DNA from: Escherichia phage moskry
Length of the DNA: 64,000 nucleotides
Sequence record: MN850651.1
Strand: one strand, 5' to 3'
The translations under genes were made by a program, and so were the position numbers. Of this stretch, positions 8,075 through 18,974 are shown one piece after another. Each line of letters begins with the position of its first letter. The first letter of the stretch is position 1. A model generated the notes under the pieces. That model worked only from the letters and a program-made list of their open reading frames with translations, ran no database searches and was not told the origin of the DNA.

Positions 8075-10786
8075 TCAAAAATCGAACATATCGAACAGAG
8101 ATGCTTTCTTCTCGTAATCGAGTTTCGCCGCTGATGTGAATCCTTCAAGTGGTTTAATAAATGTCTTCTCAAGGAGAACCGTGTAGTCCATCCAATGAAG
8201 TACATCATCTTTGATTAAATCAGTGATTTCAGTACCAGAAGGCCATGCGATACATTTATCACCGAATGGGTTTCCTTCACGTAAAGGCAGAACATATACT
8301 TTTTCACCTTCTACAACTTGTGGTGCATCGATATTACCTTTGATAGCCCGGTTATACGTCAGAATTCCACGAATATGGAACGGGCATTTAGGACCAGGGA
8401 ATCCACCTACATCATATTTAGCAATGTTATTCGCAGAAGATACCGACGCGATGCTAATATAATTCAATTGACGGAATTCTTTTTCAAACTCTTTAAAATA
8501 TTCTTGTAATGATTCTTCACCTTCTTGAAGCATACGACGAATACATTCCTTAAGAGCTTTCTGTACTGCTTTAGGGGTTGAAGATTTCTGTGTTTCGAGA
8601 CCCATGATTTTAAGCTTAGGTTCAGCGTATCTAGTTCCTTCCATATCCCACACGTTTAATGCATAACGTTTCTTACCAGTCCAAAATCCACCAATACCTT
8701 TAGAACCAAGCGGAGGTCCAGCGATAGCTTCTCGGTCCATGAACATCAAATGTTGCTTATTATTCATGTATTCGCACATTTCACGGAAACCTCTATCAAT
8801 AGCAGGTTCCATACGTTCACGAGCGAACTTATCTAAGAAGTCTACCCAATGGTTAGTATCGCGGAATTTAGATTCACCAACCTTATCAATAATTTTATCT
8901 GCAGATACGTAAATGGAGTCTGTATCACCATATAGAACGAAAGCTTCACCTTCTGTACCACAAACTTCATTCAGATATTCATTAACTTTACGTTCAATCC
9001 ACTGTAAAGCCATTTGACCAAATGTTGTGATTGCAGTAGCATTACGCAAATCGTAATAACGGAACCAAACGTTGCCAAGTGCACCATAAAGTGAGTTGAT
9101 AAGCAATTTACGGTTAATTTGGGCAGTCATACCTGCAACTTCAGTACGTTGAGCTCTAAACAACATTTCATTAAGAGATTTAGCAGACAACTTTTTAATC
9201 TTTTCTTTAATCTCATCGCTAAAGTCGAAACGATAATCAACATCTAATGGTTCGTCAACAGAAAGATTAGGATTATGCAACGCCTCTTTAATTATTTCAC
9301 CATTACGTTGAGCCGCAAGCATATAACCTTTATGTTCTTTACGTTGATTAAAGACTTTAGTGATTTCAGTTGGAACTACACCATCACGGTCTTTATAATA
9401 CATCATGCCGTTAGGAGAGCAACTGTACACATCAGAAGGACGTTCAGCAACAGCGTTAATATAATCATGCAATGGAGCTACTTTAAACGTTCCTGCTATT
9501 GTTTCTGGGCTAATATTCACTTGGCGAATAATACTTGGATACAGAGATGTAAGGTCGAAACTCATTACATATTTGTATCGATTTGGAATAGGTTCCTTAA
9601 CAAAAGCGCCAGGATAAGGTTGAACTGGATGCGAACGACCTTGTGGAATCACCTTGTTCTGCTCTTTAAGGCTATTGAAAATAATAGCGTCCCAAGTTTT
9701 AATTGGACTGAACACAGATTGAATCTGAATTTTAGCATAATACCCCATGTCCAAACTCAAGTTAATGAACTGGCGTTTAGCATCAATTTGCAATACACGA
9801 TACACGTCGATAATGTTATAAGAAATATATCGTTGGTGATTGCTTTCACGAAGCTTAGAAATAGGGCCGTCATATTTCAGTTTACCAACGTTCAATTCAA
9901 ATTCTGAAATGTAATCCAGAGAATATGACGGTTGGTTCGTGAAAGAGAACTTTTTGTAAAGGTCAATGTAATCAAGAACAGAGATACCGAACAATGTAAT
10001 GATTTCACGAGAACCATACATGTTTTCGATAACTTTAACACGAGTTTTACGATGTGGTGATAAACGTTTCGCAGTAGATTCGCCAAAAATATTCTTGATT
10101 CGGTTATACACATATGGAATATCAAATGACTCAACGTTCCATCCAGTCAAAATGACAGGAGTTTTCTGTTGCCAGAAGTTGAGATATTCCATCAATAATT
10201 CTTTTTCATTATCAAACGGCATATAAACGATTTTGTCGATAATTTCGGATGGAACTTCATCACCACCTTGTTCTTGAAGCTTAGCTGCAATTTCGATAGA
10301 CCATTCTTCTACATTACCATATGGAGAATTCAATAGATCAAATACGTAGAACCTGTCGTCAATTGAGTCATAATGGGTGATGGCATCAATTGGATGTTTT
10401 GCTTGTGACGGCTCAGGGAACCCATCCGGAGATGTTACTTCGATGTCGAAGTTAGCCACACGAATTTTTGTATGGTCGTATTTGATTTCATAGTTATAAG
10501 TGTCAGACAAATACGCCAATTTGAAATCGTCCATGCCAAGTGCTTCAAGTCCGATATCTTCCATGCGTTTAATCCATTGGGAGGCATCACGCATATTAGC
10601 GAACAACTTACGAGTACACGGCTTACCGTAGATATCGAAATATTTCGTAGCCTGACTTTCTGGACAATGAGCAAACAGTGATGGTTTATATTCTACTTCA
10701 CGAGTACGTTCACGGCCATTAGAATCGATGTAACGTTCAAAAATTGAATCACCAATCTGTTCAACCGTTAAGTAAAATTCTTTCAT
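8075..10786 (-). CDS. 43: DNA polymerase (family B), gp43
   Basis: 903 aa; MKEFYLTVEQIGDSIFERYIDSNGRER..., exonuclease and polymerase motifs (YGDTDS); N-terminus matches recalled RB69 gp43. Confidence 0.97.
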   Translation of the reverse strand: MKEFYLTVEQIGDSIFERYIDSNGRERTREVEYKPSLFAHCPESQATKYFDIYGKPCTRKLFANMRDASQWIKRMEDIGLEALGMDDFKLAYLSDTYNYEIKYDHTKIRVANFDIEVTSPDGFPEPSQAKHPIDAITHYDSIDDRFYVFDLLNSPYGNVEEWSIEIAAKLQEQGGDEVPSEIIDKIVYMPFDNEKELLMEYLNFWQQKTPVILTGWNVESFDIPYVYNRIKNIFGESTAKRLSPHRKTRVKVIENMYGSREIITLFGISVLDYIDLYKKFSFTNQPSYSLDYISEFELNVGKLKYDGPISKLRESNHQRYISYNIIDVYRVLQIDAKRQFINLSLDMGYYAKIQIQSVFSPIKTWDAIIFNSLKEQNKVIPQGRSHPVQPYPGAFVKEPIPNRYKYVMSFDLTSLYPSIIRQVNISPETIAGTFKVAPLHDYINAVAERPSDVYSCSPNGMMYYKDRDGVVPTEITKVFNQRKEHKGYMLAAQRNGEIIKEALHNPNLSVDEPLDVDYRFDFSDEIKEKIKKLSAKSLNEMLFRAQRTEVAGMTAQINRKLLINSLYGALGNVWFRYYDLRNATAITTFGQMALQWIERKVNEYLNEVCGTEGEAFVLYGDTDSIYVSADKIIDKVGESKFRDTNHWVDFLDKFARERMEPAIDRGFREMCEYMNNKQHLMFMDREAIAGPPLGSKGIGGFWTGKKRYALNVWDMEGTRYAEPKLKIMGLETQKSSTPKAVQKALKECIRRMLQEGEESLQEYFKEFEKEFRQLNYISIASVSSANNIAKYDVGGFPGPKCPFHIRGILTYNRAIKGNIDAPQVVEGEKVYVLPLREGNPFGDKCIAWPSGTEITDLIKDDVLHWMDYTVLLEKTFIKPLEGFTSAAKLDYEKKASLFDMFDF

Positions 10787-10798
10787 TTAATTTCCTTT

Positions 10799-10814
10799 AG
10801 ACGAGTTATTGTCT
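10799..10814 (-). promoter_or_regulatory. gp43 translational operator hairpin (autogenous repression site)
   Basis: Minus-strand RNA AGAC-AAUAACUC-GUCU, the loop I recall for the T4 gene 43 operator, just 5' of SD AAGGAAA and AUG. Confidence 0.6.
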
Positions 10815-10845
10815 TTTGTTTGTTGATGAACTTATTATACTCCAA

Positions 10846-10863
10846 ATGGGACCGAAGTCCCAT
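10846..10863 (-). other. UUCG-tetraloop hairpin between regA and gene 43
   Basis: Minus strand AUGGGAC-UUCG-GUCCCAU, 5 nt after regA stop. Confidence 0.55.
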
Positions 10864-10867
10864 TGCT

Positions 10868-11245
10868 TTAATTACCAATTGTATATTTTGCTTTCAAAGT
10901 CCAGTCATCTTTCTGTTTAAAAGAGATAACACGGAAGTTATTAGTTAGGCCAAACAGATCTTCACGAGCAGAGTCTTCAATAACAATCAATCCCCAGTCT
11001 TCAAGCAACTGGGCAATCGAATCACGTCGTTGGTAGTCTTCACCATCAATATCAACTTGACGCCCGTCCATACGCAACATTTCTTTAAAGTGGACGATGT
11101 AATATTTACCTTGCTTTTGGAGGATATGACAGGACTGATAAAGAACTTTATCCTTGTTATTAGCGATGCCCATACGGGTCAGAGTCTCTTTGACTTTAAG
11201 AAAATCTTCGGGGTTCTTCAATTTAATTTCGATCATTTTTACCAT
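10868..11245 (-). CDS. regA: RegA translational repressor
   Basis: 125 aa; ...[44 protein letters not shown]... matches T4 RegA. Confidence 0.95.
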   Translation of the reverse strand: MVKMIEIKLKNPEDFLKVKETLTRMGIANNKDKVLYQSCHILQKQGKYYIVHFKEMLRMDGRQVDIDGEDYQRRDSIAQLLEDWGLIVIEDSAREDLFGLTNNFRVISFKQKDDWTLKAKYTIGN

Positions 11246-11802
11246 TCCAATGCTAATTTTTTAAATTGTTTTTGTTCTTTCACATTTTTTGTAACTTCTT
11301 TGAGAAACTCATCAGTGACCATGGCCTTCAGTTCTTTAAGGACTATTGGCAGCTTGTTATTTTTTTCAAGGAGCCGCTTATACTCGGTAGCATCATTCAT
11401 GTTGATTGTGTAACGTTTCATCAACAGTTTGATAACTAGTAACTCTGAAGTGTCTTCGACTAGTTTAGCCCATTTAGAGAATCGACGACCATGCGGAATT
11501 GCCGCCATCATATAGTTGAAGTGCGCTTCATCACTTAATTCAGAACCGACTAAGTTCATCATGTAAACGGCTGGCATACATTCCGGGAACTGTGATAATG
11601 AGTTCTCAACCATAAATTTTGAGTAGTCGACCTGAGCAATTGACATAGATTTCTTTTCATTAATAGCATTAATGATTTTAAAGAATTCATTCTCAGGTTT
11701 TTCTTTAAACATGTCAGCACATTTTTGAATCGCATCAGCGTCGTTAGACTTCCATGCGATTTGGTGCTCGTTAAGCTGGACGTCATCATCAAATAAGTTC
11801 AT
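11239..11802 (-). CDS. 62: Clamp loader small subunit gp62
   Basis: 187 aa; matches T4 gp62 ([31 protein letters not shown]). Confidence 0.93.
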   Translation of the reverse strand: MNLFDDDVQLNEHQIAWKSNDADAIQKCADMFKEKPENEFFKIINAINEKKSMSIAQVDYSKFMVENSLSQFPECMPAVYMMNLVGSELSDEAHFNYMMAAIPHGRRFSKWAKLVEDTSELLVIKLLMKRYTINMNDATEYKRLLEKNNKLPIVLKELKAMVTDEFLKEVTKNVKEQKQFKKLALEW

Positions 11803-11803
11803 A

Positions 11804-12766
11804 TTATTTCCAAGTCAGTTCGCAGGTCAGTTGAAGAAGCATATACATAACATGTAATTCAATATTACTTGCTAATCCATGAAACTTATTATTTTCGCCT
11901 GCAATTTCATAAAGCGAAATAATACTTTTACCAGGTGCAACTTGGTCATAACATTCTGAAACTAATTTATCGATGAACCATGAATAATCTGCAGCATATT
12001 TTGGAGCTAATGCACGAAGTTGTTTGATATCTTTGTTCTTCATTGCTTCGATAACATCAGAGACTGTGCCACGGTCATTAGTTACGATAGACAAAATACC
12101 AGCATCAAGAACACCTTTAGACGAGTACTGGTCTAATTGTCCAATTGTACGGCGAAAGTCCGGAAAGTTCTTTTTAACCAGAGCTGCAACAACTTTCATA
12201 TCAGCGATTTCGATATTTTCGTTCTTACAGATTTCAACCATACGATGAATCATTTTCTTCATCATCGAGATTTTATCTTCTTCGGTTGGACGTCCGAATT
12301 CGATAACTCGACAACGACTACGTAATGGTTCAATAATTCCATCGATGTTGTTAGCAGTAATAATAATAGAACAGTTACTAGAGAATTCTTCCATGAATGT
12401 ACGAAGATGGCGTTGTGATTCGGCGAGGCCACTACGGTCAAATTCATCGATAACGATAACTTTCGGCTTGCCTTCCATTGAGACTGAACGAGCAAATGCA
12501 GTTAACGGACCGCGTACAAAATCAATCTTACAATCAGAACCGTTGACGAACATCATTTCAGCATTGATATCATTACATAATGCTTTTGCTACGGTTGTTT
12601 TACCTGTACCAGGAGAAGGAGAGTGCAAAATAATATGAGGAAGTTTTCCTTTAGATACTAAAGACTTGAATGTTTCATGGTCATACGCAGGCAGAATACA
12701 TTCGTCAATGGAAGAAGGACGATATTTCTGTTCTAGAATGTGTTCTTTGGAATTGATAGTAATCAT
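11804..12766 (-). CDS. 44: Clamp loader ATPase gp44
   Basis: 320 aa; Walker [16 protein letters not shown] box; T4 gene order. Confidence 0.93.
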   Translation of the reverse strand: MITINSKEHILEQKYRPSSIDECILPAYDHETFKSLVSKGKLPHIILHSPSPGTGKTTVAKALCNDINAEMMFVNGSDCKIDFVRGPLTAFARSVSMEGKPKVIVIDEFDRSGLAESQRHLRTFMEEFSSNCSIIITANNIDGIIEPLRSRCRVIEFGRPTEEDKISMMKKMIHRMVEICKNENIEIADMKVVAALVKKNFPDFRRTIGQLDQYSSKGVLDAGILSIVTNDRGTVSDVIEAMKNKDIKQLRALAPKYAADYSWFIDKLVSECYDQVAPGKSIISLYEIAGENNKFHGLASNIELHVMYMLLQLTCELTWK

Positions 12767-12791
12767 GTAATTTTCCTCATTATCATTAAAC

Positions 12792-12809
12792 TGGAGGATT
12801 TCTCCTCCA
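12792..12809 (-). other. Hairpin with GAAA tetraloop in 45-44 intergenic region
   Basis: Plus tggagga-tttc-tcctcca perfect dyad 26 nt upstream of gene 44 ATG. Confidence 0.45.
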
Positions 12810-12841
12810 TAATCGTATCACAATAAACGTAAAGCTTTGAC

Positions 12842-13528
12842 TTAGAAGTCGTGAGTAGAATCGGCTTCCATCGCAATAACATAACTTACTTGAGAGCTTT
12901 CAAACTTGGCTGCAACTTTATCACCGGCTCCCCACAACATTACTTTATAGTTACCTGGTTGGATTTTCATATTAGCCATATTGATTACGAAGTTAAAGTT
13001 ATTAGAACCGTCATAATCAGTAAGAGTCAAAGAATACTTAGGACGAGTTAGTCCGGAATCTTCAACTTTATTGTAACCGTTGATAACAATTTTACCATCT
13101 TTATTTGTAATAGCAATTGTATCAATCTGAAGACCACGTGAAACTCGAAGCAATTGTTGAAGGTCTTCAGCTTTAATTTCAGTAATCACAGAAGCCACTG
13201 GGAATTGAATTGGCTTATTAGGAAAAACAATGGTGCTCTTGTCAGCGGCAGGCCAATAAACTGTGGAACGTGTATCTGCAATTTTAATGTTGCCATCAGT
13301 GTGCATTGAAATTTCAGCATCATCAGACACTAGACTCAAAATGCTTAAGAAGCTATTCAAATCATAAAGTGCTACGTCAAAATCAATTTCATCAGAGATA
13401 TTTGCTTCCGCATAAGTGGTGCCATTAACTGCACGAGTCATAATAAATTTACCTTGACTCAGCAGAATGCCGGAGTTAATAGAGGCAAAGTTTTTCAGAA
13501 TAGCGATAGTATCTTTAGACAGTTTCAT
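12842..13528 (-). CDS. 45: Sliding clamp gp45
   Basis: 228 aa from internal ATG at 13528 (MKLSKDT..., SD AAGGAAA upstream); matches T4 gp45; ORF track extends to 13543. Confidence 0.93.
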   Translation of the reverse strand: MKLSKDTIAILKNFASINSGILLSQGKFIMTRAVNGTTYAEANISDEIDFDVALYDLNSFLSILSLVSDDAEISMHTDGNIKIADTRSTVYWPAADKSTIVFPNKPIQFPVASVITEIKAEDLQQLLRVSRGLQIDTIAITNKDGKIVINGYNKVEDSGLTRPKYSLTLTDYDGSNNFNFVINMANMKIQPGNYKVMLWGAGDKVAAKFESSQVSYVIAMEADSTHDF

Positions 13529-13570
13529 TTTATTTCCTTTCAAGACAATTCAAAGTTTATAACAAATTTA

Positions 13571-13987
13571 TTATGCAGCAACCATCTGCTTTTTAATAGC
13601 TTCAGGCAGTGATTCAATATATTCTGGAATTTTAGAAGCAACAATTTCGCCAGCGGCAATTAGTTGTTCGTCGGCATCAACACAGTAGAAATCTTCCAGA
13701 CGCTCAGAACCGTCTTTATCAAGAATGATTTTTCCGCCGGCTTCAATAGAATCTTTATAGTGCTTACGCATCAGATGAATCCACATATCAGATACATCAT
13801 TATCAATAAAACCATAAATCATAAAACGAGTTTCTTGTGGCAAAGATTGGAGTTTTTTAGCACTTGCGTCATCACAATGCAGGACCCATGCTTTACGAAC
13901 ACGATTATGGTTATGTGGGTTAGCGTCAGTACGGATAGAAGTAACTTTCAGATCAGCAGCAGTGAAACCTTTAGCAGTAGTAAACAT
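13571..13987 (-). CDS. rpbA: RNA polymerase-binding protein RpbA-like
   Basis: 138 aa ORF in the 45-46 position. Confidence 0.6.
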   Translation of the reverse strand: MFTTAKGFTAADLKVTSIRTDANPHNHNRVRKAWVLHCDDASAKKLQSLPQETRFMIYGFIDNDVSDMWIHLMRKHYKDSIEAGGKIILDKDGSERLEDFYCVDADEQLIAAGEIVASKIPEYIESLPEAIKKQMVAA

Positions 13988-13999
13988 ATTATTTCTCTC

Positions 14000-14200
14000 T
14001 TATTCGTAGAAGTCGGTAACTGTCCATGCGGAATTGCGATTAGACATTATTTTATTATACTCATCTTTAAAAGCAGATTTGAGCATTTGTTCAGTAACAA
14101 TATGTTCTTCACCTGAAAACGTATTGGTCAAAACATATTTTTTAATTTCAGGGACAACGAGAAGATGTTGGCCAGTTGAATACTCCATGTTGTTCTCCAT
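14000..14200 (-). CDS. Small hypothetical protein
   Basis: 66 aa ORF between rpbA and 46. Confidence 0.45.
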   Translation of the reverse strand: MENNMEYSTGQHLLVVPEIKKYVLTNTFSGEEHIVTEQMLKSAFKDEYNKIMSNRNSAWTVTDFYE

Positions 14201-14242
14201 TTAATTTGATGTGGTCATTATAACCACATCGTGTTAAAGCGT

Positions 14243-15931
14243 TTATGAAACAGTCATTACCGTAAATCGTCCAACTTTGCTCATCTGAAGATGTTGTCCA
14301 TAACGTTGAGGGTCATGGTCTCGATGAGAGATAATGAACACATTAGTATTTTGTAAACTTCCAAGAATGGTATCTATAGCCTTAACAGCCTCAGAATCGA
14401 CAGCACCATCAAAAACCTCATCAAGAATCAGAGTGTTGATTTTAACACCAGAGACCTTTTCAGCAATATCTCGCCATGTAAACAACAACGCGATATCGAT
14501 ACGTGCCTTTTCACCTTGACTAAATGAAGCATAACTAAAATCTTCACGACCACGTGATTTTATAGATTCATTGAATTCTTCATCAATAGAAAACACGTAA
14601 TCAGCTTCCATGATTTTAAGATAATGGTTAATCTGCTTGTTGAACAGAGGCACATATTTTTTAATGATAGCACCTTTAATACCAGAATCTTTTAACATAT
14701 CTGTGATAATACCACGATGGTATTTTTCAAGAACGATATCCGATTTTGTTTTAATGATTTTATCAAGTTCTTTTTGAAGCAAAGCTATCTCATCGGCATG
14801 GTCGATAAATTCCGCCGAGGCTTGTTCTATTGCAGCTTTAACTTTCTTAGCTTTATCAATAGTGGCAATCATTGCTTGTTTCTTGGTACGAATATCAGAT
14901 GCAAGGTCCTGTTTAGTCTTAACATTAGCTCTATATTCGTCCACTAGGACACTCAGATTATCTCTGTGACAGGTAAGTTGCTCGAATGAGTGATTACATT
15001 CATGAAGCTTATCGGTAATCTTAGAGACAATAGGATCACCCTGGTGCAACTGTGATGCACAAGTAGGACATGTACCACCATCATGATACATCTTAATAAC
15101 TTTGTTATATGAGTCGATTTTAGATTTAATCAAGAATGCTTCTTGTCCGATCTTGTTGAATGCCTCAGTAGGGTCTTCATCAAGAACGATATTAAGTAGT
15201 CGCTCATTAGCTTCTTCGATTTCTGCTTTTAATGAACGAGCTTCTTTGGCTAGGTCGTCATACATATTCTGTAGACGCGCTACATTATCACCAGATAATT
15301 TCTTTTGACGTTCGATATTCTCGTTATAAATCTTAATTTGTTGGATAACACCATCTTTCTTAGCATCGAGAACTTGTCCCTGGGAATTAAGTTCTCGAAC
15401 TTGAGACTTATTGATTTTATCCATTTCGGCGAGTGTGCCGACTTCTAAAAGGTCTTCGACAAGTTTTCTACGAGCAGGGGTGCTAAGAGCCATGAAAGGG
15501 GTATACCCTGCCGTCCCAAGCACAACGATCTGTTTAAAAGACGCGTATGACATTCCGATGCTACGTTCAAATTCTTCTTGGAAGTCACGACTGCTGGCAG
15601 ATTCATCAAGACGAACACCGTCAACGGAGATTTCGAAAATATTGGGCTTTTGGCCTCGTTTAATGAAGTATTTTTTATCATCGAATTCCATCCAAAGCTC
15701 AACTAAGAGCTCTTTCTTGTTCGTGCTATTAATGATTTGTCCTTTCTTAACATCACGAAATGGTTTACCGAAAAGTCCGAAAGTAATGGCTTCTAACATC
15801 GTAGATTTACCACCGCCATTTTTACCAGTGATTAATGTCTTTTGGACTTTATCTAATTGGATATCAATAGGATTCCCACCTACCGACATGATGTTTTGAT
15901 AACGAACACGATTTAATTTAAATGATTTCAT
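14243..15931 (-). CDS. 46: Recombination endonuclease subunit gp46 (Rad50/SbcC-like)
   Basis: 562 aa; Walker A GKNGGGKSTMLEAI, CPTC zinc hook, LILDEVFDG. Confidence 0.95.
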   Translation of the reverse strand: MKSFKLNRVRYQNIMSVGGNPIDIQLDKVQKTLITGKNGGGKSTMLEAITFGLFGKPFRDVKKGQIINSTNKKELLVELWMEFDDKKYFIKRGQKPNIFEISVDGVRLDESASSRDFQEEFERSIGMSYASFKQIVVLGTAGYTPFMALSTPARRKLVEDLLEVGTLAEMDKINKSQVRELNSQGQVLDAKKDGVIQQIKIYNENIERQKKLSGDNVARLQNMYDDLAKEARSLKAEIEEANERLLNIVLDEDPTEAFNKIGQEAFLIKSKIDSYNKVIKMYHDGGTCPTCASQLHQGDPIVSKITDKLHECNHSFEQLTCHRDNLSVLVDEYRANVKTKQDLASDIRTKKQAMIATIDKAKKVKAAIEQASAEFIDHADEIALLQKELDKIIKTKSDIVLEKYHRGIITDMLKDSGIKGAIIKKYVPLFNKQINHYLKIMEADYVFSIDEEFNESIKSRGREDFSYASFSQGEKARIDIALLFTWRDIAEKVSGVKINTLILDEVFDGAVDSEAVKAIDTILGSLQNTNVFIISHRDHDPQRYGQHLQMSKVGRFTVMTVS

Positions 15932-16182
15932 ATGTATTCTCTTCGAATGAAGTCCTCTACATATTTTAACATGTCATCTCTATCAGCAAAATATTCATCT
16001 AGTTCTGCATACATAACAACACCTGGCGCGTACTCACAGGTAACATACATTGTTCCAAAGAAACGAGGAGTTGATTCCTCGTAATTCTCAGTCCATTCAA
16101 CGATACCAATATAACCGTCACCAATACTAAATTCATGACGATGGATTTCATAATCAGTCTTCGTCATTATACGCATCCTCAA
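15928..16182 (-). CDS. Hypothetical protein
   Basis: 84 aa, overlaps stop/start of neighbours. Confidence 0.5.
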   Translation of the reverse strand: MRMRIMTKTDYEIHRHEFSIGDGYIGIVEWTENYEESTPRFFGTMYVTCEYAPGVVMYAELDEYFADRDDMLKYVEDFIRREYI

Positions 16183-16411
16183 TACACGCTTCAGCCATTT
16201 TAAGAATAGAACTGGGAGTATCGTTGTCCATTATATTAAAGCTAAATTCAATAGCCCAGTCGGTGCAGACATGAACTGCTTTAACTTCATTGCCTTCAAC
16301 GCGTAATGGCTCAATCCAATACTTGATAGTGTTCTCGAATCCATCATCATCTTTAACGTCTATTTCAACTTCAAGCCCGAGCCCAGCATTGTTAAATTCA
16401 TCTAAAGTCAT
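16154..16411 (-). CDS. Hypothetical protein
   Basis: 85 aa acidic ORF. Confidence 0.5.
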   Translation of the reverse strand: MTLDEFNNAGLGLEVEIDVKDDDGFENTIKYWIEPLRVEGNEVKAVHVCTDWAIEFSFNIMDNDTPSSILKMAEACIEDAYNDED

Positions 16412-17427
16412 TGTGTTGCCTCAATATAAAGTTCGTTGGAATATTTGACCAGCGCTTCTCTGTCTTCGTCTGAGATATCTGGAATCGCGTCAATATATTC
16501 TTTAATGATATCTTGAAGTGATTTAATCTCGATTTCCTGGTCGTCATCAGATTCAACACTGTTATCAACTTTAGAAACCATACGAAGAGAGTGAACTACT
16601 TTTTCAAGTTCAGATTCAAACTTAGTCAAATCTGAATCAATTTCTGATACTATAACACGTACGGCTAGATTAGTATAATCAGAATAATTGATTTTGCCTT
16701 TAAACGGATAAGTGATTCGTCGATGCCATGTTGTTTCATTAGGAATAAATTCCATACGTTCAACATCAGTGTCAAATACCCAGAATCCTCGAGGGTCGTT
16801 CTCATCACCTGCAGTAAGGGTCCATGGTGTCCCAATATATTTGACGTTAGCAGCTTCAGAGATTGTGTGGAAGTGGCCGGACCAGACTTGTTTATAGGTC
16901 TTTAAGAAATCAGGTTCAAGCCCATGAGACTTCATTCCTTTATAGAAATAAAAGCCGTTCAGTTCCCAGTGACCAACACAATACGCAGCAGAAGAAGTCT
17001 TGATGTGCTCTAAGATTTCACCTGTATTTTCTTCACACATCCATGGAACGATATCAATCAGACATCCGTCAAAATCTACAGTAGTTGGATGTTCGTAAAT
17101 AGTAAAGTTTTCAAATTGAGTTAACAATTCAGAAACAGTGTTAGGTGTTATTGTATTTTTAAACGCCATGTCATGGTTTCCTATCGTGACATGAACGTGA
17201 ATGCCTGCTTTAGAAATCATATCAACGATTTCACGATTGAATTCCATTGTACGATGTGTTATTGCTTTACGGACGTCAAACCAATCACCGTACTGAATCC
17301 AAGTTTTAATCCCGTGTTTCTTAGAGTATTCAATTGCTTGACGAATACCGTCACGTTGAATATCTTGGACCCATGGGTCGTCTTGTTTGACTCCGATATG
17401 GAAGTCGCCTAAGTGCAAAATTTTCAT
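16408..17427 (-). CDS. 47: Recombination nuclease subunit gp47 (Mre11/SbcD-like)
   Basis: 339 aa; MKILHLGDFHIG, GNHD, GHWELNGF phosphoesterase motifs. Confidence 0.95.
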   Translation of the reverse strand: MKILHLGDFHIGVKQDDPWVQDIQRDGIRQAIEYSKKHGIKTWIQYGDWFDVRKAITHRTMEFNREIVDMISKAGIHVHVTIGNHDMAFKNTITPNTVSELLTQFENFTIYEHPTTVDFDGCLIDIVPWMCEENTGEILEHIKTSSAAYCVGHWELNGFYFYKGMKSHGLEPDFLKTYKQVWSGHFHTISEAANVKYIGTPWTLTAGDENDPRGFWVFDTDVERMEFIPNETTWHRRITYPFKGKINYSDYTNLAVRVIVSEIDSDLTKFESELEKVVHSLRMVSKVDNSVESDDDQEIEIKSLQDIIKEYIDAIPDISDEDREALVKYSNELYIEATQ

Positions 17428-17473
17428 ATTATTTCCTCATTAGTTAATTCATTTTATCATCCGTTTATAAAGC

Positions 17474-17500
17474 AAAAAAAAGGAACTCCGAAGAGTTCCT
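17474..17500 (-). terminator. Rho-independent terminator (UUCG hairpin plus U-run) upstream of gene 47
   Basis: Minus strand AGGAACUC-UUCG-GAGUUCCU followed by UUUUUUUU. Confidence 0.7.
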
Positions 17501-17672
17501 ATCCACATAGTACACCGTACAGAGGCTCATTTGAACTTTTAAATCGAATGGGCTTGTATGTAATAGTTCCTTCGGCTTTAGCTTTATCATAAGACTCTTT
17601 AAAACGTCTCATTCTTTCTGCTTTGCCTTTACTGATTTTATCGAAATTTTCAGAAGTCGGGATGTTCGTCAT
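17499..17672 (-). CDS. Small hypothetical protein (57 aa)
   Basis: MTNIPTSENFDKISKGKAERMRRFKESYDKAKAEG...; SD GAGGTG upstream; not in ORF track (size). Confidence 0.4.
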   Translation of the reverse strand: MTNIPTSENFDKISKGKAERMRRFKESYDKAKAEGTITYKPIRFKSSNEPLYGVLCG

Positions 17673-17711
17673 GCATAATCACCTCTCAGAAAATACCTAA
17701 ATCGATTTCTC

Positions 17712-17933
17712 TCATCGTTTCCACCATTTCTTAACTTGAAATGAATCAACCCACACGAGTTGTTTTGGGTCTGCCTTTACAATAGGCGGACAAATTTCTG
17801 TAATAGAACCGTCGTGATATTCCTTTTCGGAAATTTTAACACAAAGAGGACCACCTAATTTAATGGTGAACCCTGCGTTCAGCTTCAGACGTTTAAACTT
17901 TGTTTGAACTAGCGCCATTAATGATGTCCTCAA
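17712..17933 (-). CDS. Hypothetical protein
   Basis: 73 aa ORF. Confidence 0.45.
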   Translation of the reverse strand: MRTSLMALVQTKFKRLKLNAGFTIKLGGPLCVKISEKEYHDGSITEICPPIVKADPKQLVWVDSFQVKKWWKR

Positions 17934-18216
17934 TAGCCTGACGAGTAGTAATCCACTGGATTTTAATTAACTTGTCATTATATGGTTGTCGTAGAATATC
18001 CCGAGATTTCTTAATAGCATATTCATAAGCTTCGAAGTTGTTTTGAATTGCTGCTTCTTGAGCATGAGCATAAAGACGGTTTAGTTCAAAACGATTCTTT
18101 TTAAGAATCTTTTCAGATTTTTTACGTGCTTCAGCTTCATTTTTCTTTTGGATTTCTTGTAGCATTTTAGCTACTGCATCTTCTGCTTCTTTATTTTCAA
18201 TAATCTCGGTAGTCAT
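17893..18216 (-). CDS. Hypothetical protein, Lys/Glu-rich helical
   Basis: 107 aa ORF. Confidence 0.5.
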   Translation of the reverse strand: MTTEIIENKEAEDAVAKMLQEIQKKNEAEARKKSEKILKKNRFELNRLYAHAQEAAIQNNFEAYEYAIKKSRDILRQPYNDKLIKIQWITTRQAIEDIINGASSNKV

Positions 18217-18217
18217 A

Positions 18218-18427
18218 TTATCTCATTAAATTAAAATAAAAACGTCCATCCTCTTCAATACAGAACTCATACTCAACCGGAGTCCCATTTATCGAAAATG
18301 ACACGTCATGTGGGTTCAAAGGGTCGATGTCAAAATTAATTTTAAATTCACGACCCAACAATTTTACCAAATAAGGGATTGCTTCGTCAAAAGGTTCTTC
18401 TAAGTAGTTAGAGATGTCAATTGTCAT
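18218..18427 (-). CDS. Hypothetical protein
   Basis: ORF track 18218..18511; internal ATG at 18427 avoids overlap with gene 55. Confidence 0.45.
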   Translation of the reverse strand: MTIDISNYLEEPFDEAIPYLVKLLGREFKINFDIDPLNPHDVSFSINGTPVEYEFCIEEDGRFYFNLMR

Positions 18428-18974
18428 CCTCATATAAAAAATCCAAACTAGGCGAATCGCTAACAACTTCCTTCTTTTCAGCCCCAGGAGCTTTATAAGC
18501 GGATTCTTCATAATGCGTCATTTTATCGTAGATGTCTTGAATAAACGTTTCATCTACCAACGCTACCATATCATCGTCATGACTGTCGTAGACATTATGA
18601 ACGAAGTAACTATATTTCTTTGCAACTTCCTTACGTTCTTTTTTGATACGTTGGACAAAAGCATTAAAACAAGCTCGAGTTATGTATGCATGTGGGTTAT
18701 TGTACTTAGTTTCGTCGAAATTATGAAGTCCCTTAATAGAGGCTTCAATCCCATCTGCAATCATCTCCTGCTTCCAAGACTGGGTATATCCTGAAAAGTT
18801 GAAACGTTTGGACAGGCCTTCGGCGATAAGCATAATTGCTAAACCGATGGTATCATTCTGACGAATAATTTTGTTTGGGTCTTTATTATTTAAGAGCTCC
18901 TTTTTCCACTCGATTATAGCGGCGAGAAGCTCTTTATTATTCACATAGTTATTTTTAGGTTTTTGTTCAGTCAT
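18417..18974 (-). CDS. 55: Late-transcription sigma factor gp55
   Basis: 185 aa from ATG 18974 (SD AAGAGG); [20 protein letters not shown]...[27 protein letters not shown] matches T4 gp55. Confidence 0.93.
   Translation of the reverse strand: MTEQKPKNNYVNNKELLAAIIEWKKELLNNKDPNKIIRQNDTIGLAIMLIAEGLSKRFNFSGYTQSWKQEMIADGIEASIKGLHNFDETKYNNPHAYITRACFNAFVQRIKKERKEVAKKYSYFVHNVYDSHDDDMVALVDETFIQDIYDKMTHYEESAYKAPGAEKKEVVSDSPSLDFLYEDDN

Noticed and set aside
9275-9907. Plus-strand 210-aa ORF
   Set aside because: Lies entirely antisense within DNA polymerase gp43; artefact of AT-rich codon bias
10830-10880. MotA-box middle promoter for gene 43 in the regA-43 spacer
   Set aside because: The TTGCTT-like sequence is on the wrong strand relative to the downstream TATAAT; only the hairpins are reported
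15411-15899. Plus-strand 162-aa ORF
   Set aside because: Antisense within gene 46, Ser/Leu-rich junk translation
17428-18416. Search for an alpha-glucosyltransferase between genes 47 and 55
   Set aside because: Only three ORFs of 73-107 aa and one 57-aa ORF are present; nothing of alpha-gt size (~400 aa)
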